The translations under genes were made by a program, and so were the position numbers. From positions 101,822 through 165,821 of the forward strand of contig JBMFRB010000005.1 of NCBI GenBank assembly GCA_049968255.1: DNA of 64,000 nucleotides, written 5' to 3'. The notes under the pieces were generated by a model. It was not told the origin of the DNA and made no database searches. It saw only the letters and a list, made by a program, of their open reading frames with translations. The stretch is from Candidatus Sumerlaeaceae bacterium. Lineage in GTDB: Bacteria > Sumerlaeota > Sumerlaeia > Sumerlaeales > Sumerlaeaceae. How positions within the stretch are numbered: position 1 is the stretch's first letter; the number at the start of each line of letters is the position of its first letter. Positions 60,393 through 64,000 of the stretch are shown piece by piece.

Positions 60393-60866
60393 ATGCAAAG
60401 TGCGAAAGAATCGGATGTGGCGACGCGGTGGCAGATTGAGCCGGTGAATTGGAACTCGCCAACAGCCGAATACCTGAAAGCAATTCGCTTGCAGGTGTTT
60501 GTGGAGGAGCAGGGTTTTTCACAGGAGGAAGAGTTCGACCAGTTTGATGAAGAAGCCTACCACGTGCTTGCTCTTGATCCCCAGGGCAAGCCGTGCGGGA
60601 CGGGAAGGCTCTATCGCGATCTCTTGCATCCAGGTTCTGCTCGGATTGGGCGAATGGCTGTGCTGAGCCAGGCGCGCAGAACTGGTTGTGGCCGAGCCAT
60701 TGTCCGGCACCTTATCGCTGAGGCGAAGAAACGCGGTTTTCGACGCATCGTGCTTAGTGCCCAGGAACATGCCATAGGGTTCTATCAACGCCAAGGATTT
60801 ACACCCACAGGACCCCACTATCTTGACACGCACGTGCTGCACCAGGACATGGTGCTTTATTTGTAA
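60393..60866 (+). CDS. GNAT acetyltransferase (YjcF/ElaA-like)
   Basis: IRLQVFVEEQ, IGRMAV..RRTGCG, LSAQ..AIGFYQRQGF. Confidence 0.9.
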   Translation: MQSAKESDVATRWQIEPVNWNSPTAEYLKAIRLQVFVEEQGFSQEEEFDQFDEEAYHVLALDPQGKPCGTGRLYRDLLHPGSARIGRMAVLSQARRTGCGRAIVRHLIAEAKKRGFRRIVLSAQEHAIGFYQRQGFTPTGPHYLDTHVLHQDMVLYL

Positions 60867-60996
60867 GCAGACCTGCGGCCGATAATCGAAAGCTCGCGTT
60901 GCAGCGAAACACAAGAAGCGGTGGCTTGCTAGAAAGTTCGGACATTGTGCAGATTTTCGGACGAGGGGCATAGTCGAAAGCTAAAGGAGTGATCAT

Positions 60997-61914
60997 ATGA
61001 GCAAGCCCAATTTCCCCCACGAGTTTCACCCTTACGTCATCGGAATCGGCGAAGTTCTTTGGGATTTATTTCCGGATAATCGCCGCGTGGGAGGGGCGCC
61101 GCTAAATTTTGCCTACTTCTGCGGCCGGTTAGGAGCACGAAGTGCGGTGATTAGCAGGGTGGGCAAAGATGAGGAGGGACGAGCGCTCATCGAAGCCATC
61201 GCGCAGCTCGGCGTAGAAACGTCACTCATTCAGGTGGACCAGGAAAAACCGACGGGAATGGTGCGTGTGACGGTTGGCCCGAACGGGATCCCGGAATTCG
61301 AGTGCCCGGAAGATACTGCATGGGATTATATCGAGGCAACTGCCGAGGCCATGGAAGCCGCCAAAACAGCGGACATTCTTGGTTTCGGCACTTTGGCACA
61401 ACGAAAAGACCCGTCGTGGAAAACAATTCATCGTTTACTAGCACAAGCAAAACCCGAGTGTTTGCGCGTCTGCGACGTAAACCTTCGGCAGCAGTACTAC
61501 TCGCCCGAGTTCCTGACCGAGAGCTTCATTCAGTCTGATATAGTGAAACTCAACGAAGTGGAACTTGGGATCGTGAAAAATGTGTTGAAAATCGGGCCTA
61601 GCGACGACCAGGCGGCTAGACACTTGGTGGAGACATTCGACCTCACCGCTCTCGTACTCACGCTTGGCCCGCATGGCGCGAAAGCTTGGTCGGAAAACGA
61701 TTACGCGGAACAGGCCGGACTCGTGGTGCGAGTACGCGATACCGTGGGTAGCGGAGATGCCTTCGTGGCCACCTTTGCCATGGAGATTGCGCGTGGCAGC
61801 TCGCTCGCCAATGCGCTTTACTGGGCAAACACCGCAGGGGCGTACCTGGCAACCCAAGTCGGTGCCACGCCGGAATTCAGTTGGGAGCTGCTGCGCAGTT
61901 TTTCTCGCCGCTAA
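60997..61914 (+). CDS. PfkB-family sugar kinase (fructokinase-like)
   Basis: GEVLWD, GGAPLN, DVNLR, VKLNEVE, DTVGSGDAF. Confidence 0.92.
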   Translation: MSKPNFPHEFHPYVIGIGEVLWDLFPDNRRVGGAPLNFAYFCGRLGARSAVISRVGKDEEGRALIEAIAQLGVETSLIQVDQEKPTGMVRVTVGPNGIPEFECPEDTAWDYIEATAEAMEAAKTADILGFGTLAQRKDPSWKTIHRLLAQAKPECLRVCDVNLRQQYYSPEFLTESFIQSDIVKLNEVELGIVKNVLKIGPSDDQAARHLVETFDLTALVLTLGPHGAKAWSENDYAEQAGLVVRVRDTVGSGDAFVATFAMEIARGSSLANALYWANTAGAYLATQVGATPEFSWELLRSFSRR

Positions 61915-62096
61915 GCAGGCATCGAGGCCAAACAGATAGGACCCCCTCTGGGTCGGCGTCAGGTTCCTTTTTGATTTGAAATCATGCCAGGCTCTACTGC
62001 ACCAATAAAGGTTTTACGAAGAGTGGCGGGCAAGATTTGCGTTGTGAGTGTCGAGCAATTACAACAACCTGGCAAAATGATAAAAAGGATATAAAA

Positions 62097-63407
62097 ATGA
62101 TGGGCATAGTAGAAGAGATTCGTGGCACTTCCTTGGGTTCACCGCAGGATGAGAATGGCGTGGCGCAGGGCTTGCGGTGCACGACAAATCTGGTGCATCG
62201 TACGTGTTTGCTGGCATTTTTCGCGGCTGCGATCTTACTCATTTCAGCTACGGCGCTCTACGCGCTACCCGCCAAAGGAGTTTGCCCGATCAATAACCGC
62301 GAGTATATTGCGGCCGTGCGCAAGCTCGTGCAGCATGCGCATTCCAGCATCGCGATTATGCTCTATCAGACGCGCTTTTACGAAGAGTACCCCGACACGC
62401 AGACGAACCATCTGCTGCGTGATCTCATCGAAGCGAAACTGCGCGGGGTGGACGTGAAAATCCTCATAGACACCGGTTCGTGGAACCCGAGCAGCAAAAA
62501 CGAATATAACTTGGATTTCGTGGATCGGCTGACGACTTCCGGAATCGAGATCTGGGAGGATTCGCCTGAAGACGTGAGCCACGAGAAGGTGATCTGCGTG
62601 GATGATGATTTCACGGTCGTGTCATCGCACAACTGGACCTACTACTCGATTGCAAAGAACAACGAGGTGGCCGTGGTGATTGAATCGCAGCCGGTCAATG
62701 AGTTTTTCCGCCACTACTTTACGCTGCGGTGCAACGAGGGGAAGCCGCTGCGCAATGCCAAGGGAGCACCGCAGTGGCCAACTCGCACGCCAGGCTCTCG
62801 GCTGTCAGTTGAGGAGCTGGGGCTGCGCATGTATCCTGTGGACGACGTGACACCGATGACAAACCGTGTGTTTTTCCCCACAATGCACGAAGCTCTGCTG
62901 TCCGCAACGCGTTCGATCACGGTTGTGCAGCGAAGCATTACCATGGCCGACCGCCCACACCCCATGCCGGGTGAAAAGCTTTTGCCAGGCCGGCCGGCGA
63001 GCGAAGTCAATGTGCTGCTCGATGACCTCATTGCGGCACACAAACGAGGAGTGGATGTGACGGTGGTGCTGGACCAGACAGAAGATTTTCAGGACTCGAC
63101 GAATGACGAAACTGCGGACTACCTGAAATCTCATGGTGTGCGCGTGCTACGCGACGACCTGCAAACGCAGACCCACGCAAAGCTTGTGGTCATCGACGAT
63201 CGCTGGGTGTCCGTGGGATCAACGAACTGGACTCCGCCTGCACTGGAATCGGGCAACGAAGCAAGTGTGCTCGTAACCGGTGCGGCCATAAATAAAGTGT
63301 ATCGCGATTATGTACAGGCAGTGTTGGAGAATGCCGCACCCTATCAGAAGGTCGCGAAGGACATCTGGAAAACCCCTTCGGCAAGCCGTTCAAAGCCCAA
63401 GCGTTAG
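62097..63407 (+). CDS. Exported phospholipase D-like protein with two HKD motifs
   Basis: HEKVICVD..SSHNW and HAKLVVID..GSTNW; hydrophobic signal segment; start uncertain (62097 or 62193). Confidence 0.88.
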   Translation: MMGIVEEIRGTSLGSPQDENGVAQGLRCTTNLVHRTCLLAFFAAAILLISATALYALPAKGVCPINNREYIAAVRKLVQHAHSSIAIMLYQTRFYEEYPDTQTNHLLRDLIEAKLRGVDVKILIDTGSWNPSSKNEYNLDFVDRLTTSGIEIWEDSPEDVSHEKVICVDDDFTVVSSHNWTYYSIAKNNEVAVVIESQPVNEFFRHYFTLRCNEGKPLRNAKGAPQWPTRTPGSRLSVEELGLRMYPVDDVTPMTNRVFFPTMHEALLSATRSITVVQRSITMADRPHPMPGEKLLPGRPASEVNVLLDDLIAAHKRGVDVTVVLDQTEDFQDSTNDETADYLKSHGVRVLRDDLQTQTHAKLVVIDDRWVSVGSTNWTPPALESGNEASVLVTGAAINKVYRDYVQAVLENAAPYQKVAKDIWKTPSASRSKPKR

Positions 63408-63557
63408 TTGGTATTGGGTCCGAAGGCTACGATTGTTACCAGTGAGCGACTGGGTGTCAGGGAGGAGCATTCCCACACACTCGTATGTTGAATGCGCGGG
63501 GATTTCCCTTCAAAAGTACGAGGCACGAGAGCCACAAGCCGTAGGAGTAAACAAGCT

Positions 63558-64000
63558 ATGCCCCTAAACGACGAGGCCATGCCCAGAGCAACCCCAAATG
63601 TTGCCGCATCCGGCGAAGGAGGTGGCGACGAAGAAGATTTCGAGCAATTGCTCGAGTCTTACCTAGCCGAAACGCCGCACGTCGAAATCGGAAAGTTGAC
63701 GCAAGCGCGTGTCATTTCAATTTCGAAAGAGTACGTGCTGGTGGATGTGGGCGATAAAGCCGAGGGCATCGTCCCCATTAGTGAATTCACGGATTACCAC
63801 GGGCAGGTGAGCGTGAAAGAGGGGGACATAGTCGATGTTGTTATCCGCGGCCGTGACCCGGAAACGGGCCAGGTGCTTGTCTCACGCGAGCAAGCAAGGC
63901 GGCAGGCCTCGTGGCAGAAAGTGGCTGAGGCGCAGGAGAAGAACTATCCCGTCCACGGCTTCGTCACAAAAGTCATTCAGGGCAAAGGCTTGCTCGTGGA
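63558..64000 (+). CDS. rpsA: 30S ribosomal protein S1 (5' part)
   Basis: Not in ORF track; AGGAG RBS; ...DFEQLLESYL...YVLVDVGDKAEGIVPISEF...; open to window end. Confidence 0.88.
   Translation, partial: MPLNDEAMPRATPNVAASGEGGGDEEDFEQLLESYLAETPHVEIGKLTQARVISISKEYVLVDVGDKAEGIVPISEFTDYHGQVSVKEGDIVDVVIRGRDPETGQVLVSREQARRQASWQKVAEAQEKNYPVHGFVTKVIQGKGLLV

Overview
A GC-rich bacterial chromosome segment, mostly housekeeping genes (amtB-glnK with a sigma54 promoter, pyrF, pyrD, argD-argF, rsmB, sodA, ppdK, sahR-ahcY, sufE, rpsA), mixed with several large secreted multidomain proteins (S8 protease, Xly-type amidase, GH13 amylase, a beta-helix adhesin-like protein, an unknown CAZyme-like protein). The protein style suggests Sumerlaeota/BRC1 (inference, not checked). 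No rRNA, tRNA, integrase, transposase or cas gene was recognised. Two things stand out. (1) A ~4.2 kb AT-richer islet (42.9-47.1 kb) is bracketed by two diverged in-frame copies of the pyrD 3' end. It encodes a secreted six-Cys peptide, a membrane-anchored protein and an O-antigen-ligase/OTase fused to a catalytically degenerate class A beta-lactamase-like domain, a candidate peptide/protein glycosylation system. (2) Unrelated secreted proteins end in short motifs (A-x-x-[DE]-W-x-x-[FY] twice; LPVTLS..D once) where a T9SS CTD or PEP-CTERM tail would be expected, a candidate undescribed protein-sorting system. All calls were made by eye from motifs; no database searches were run.
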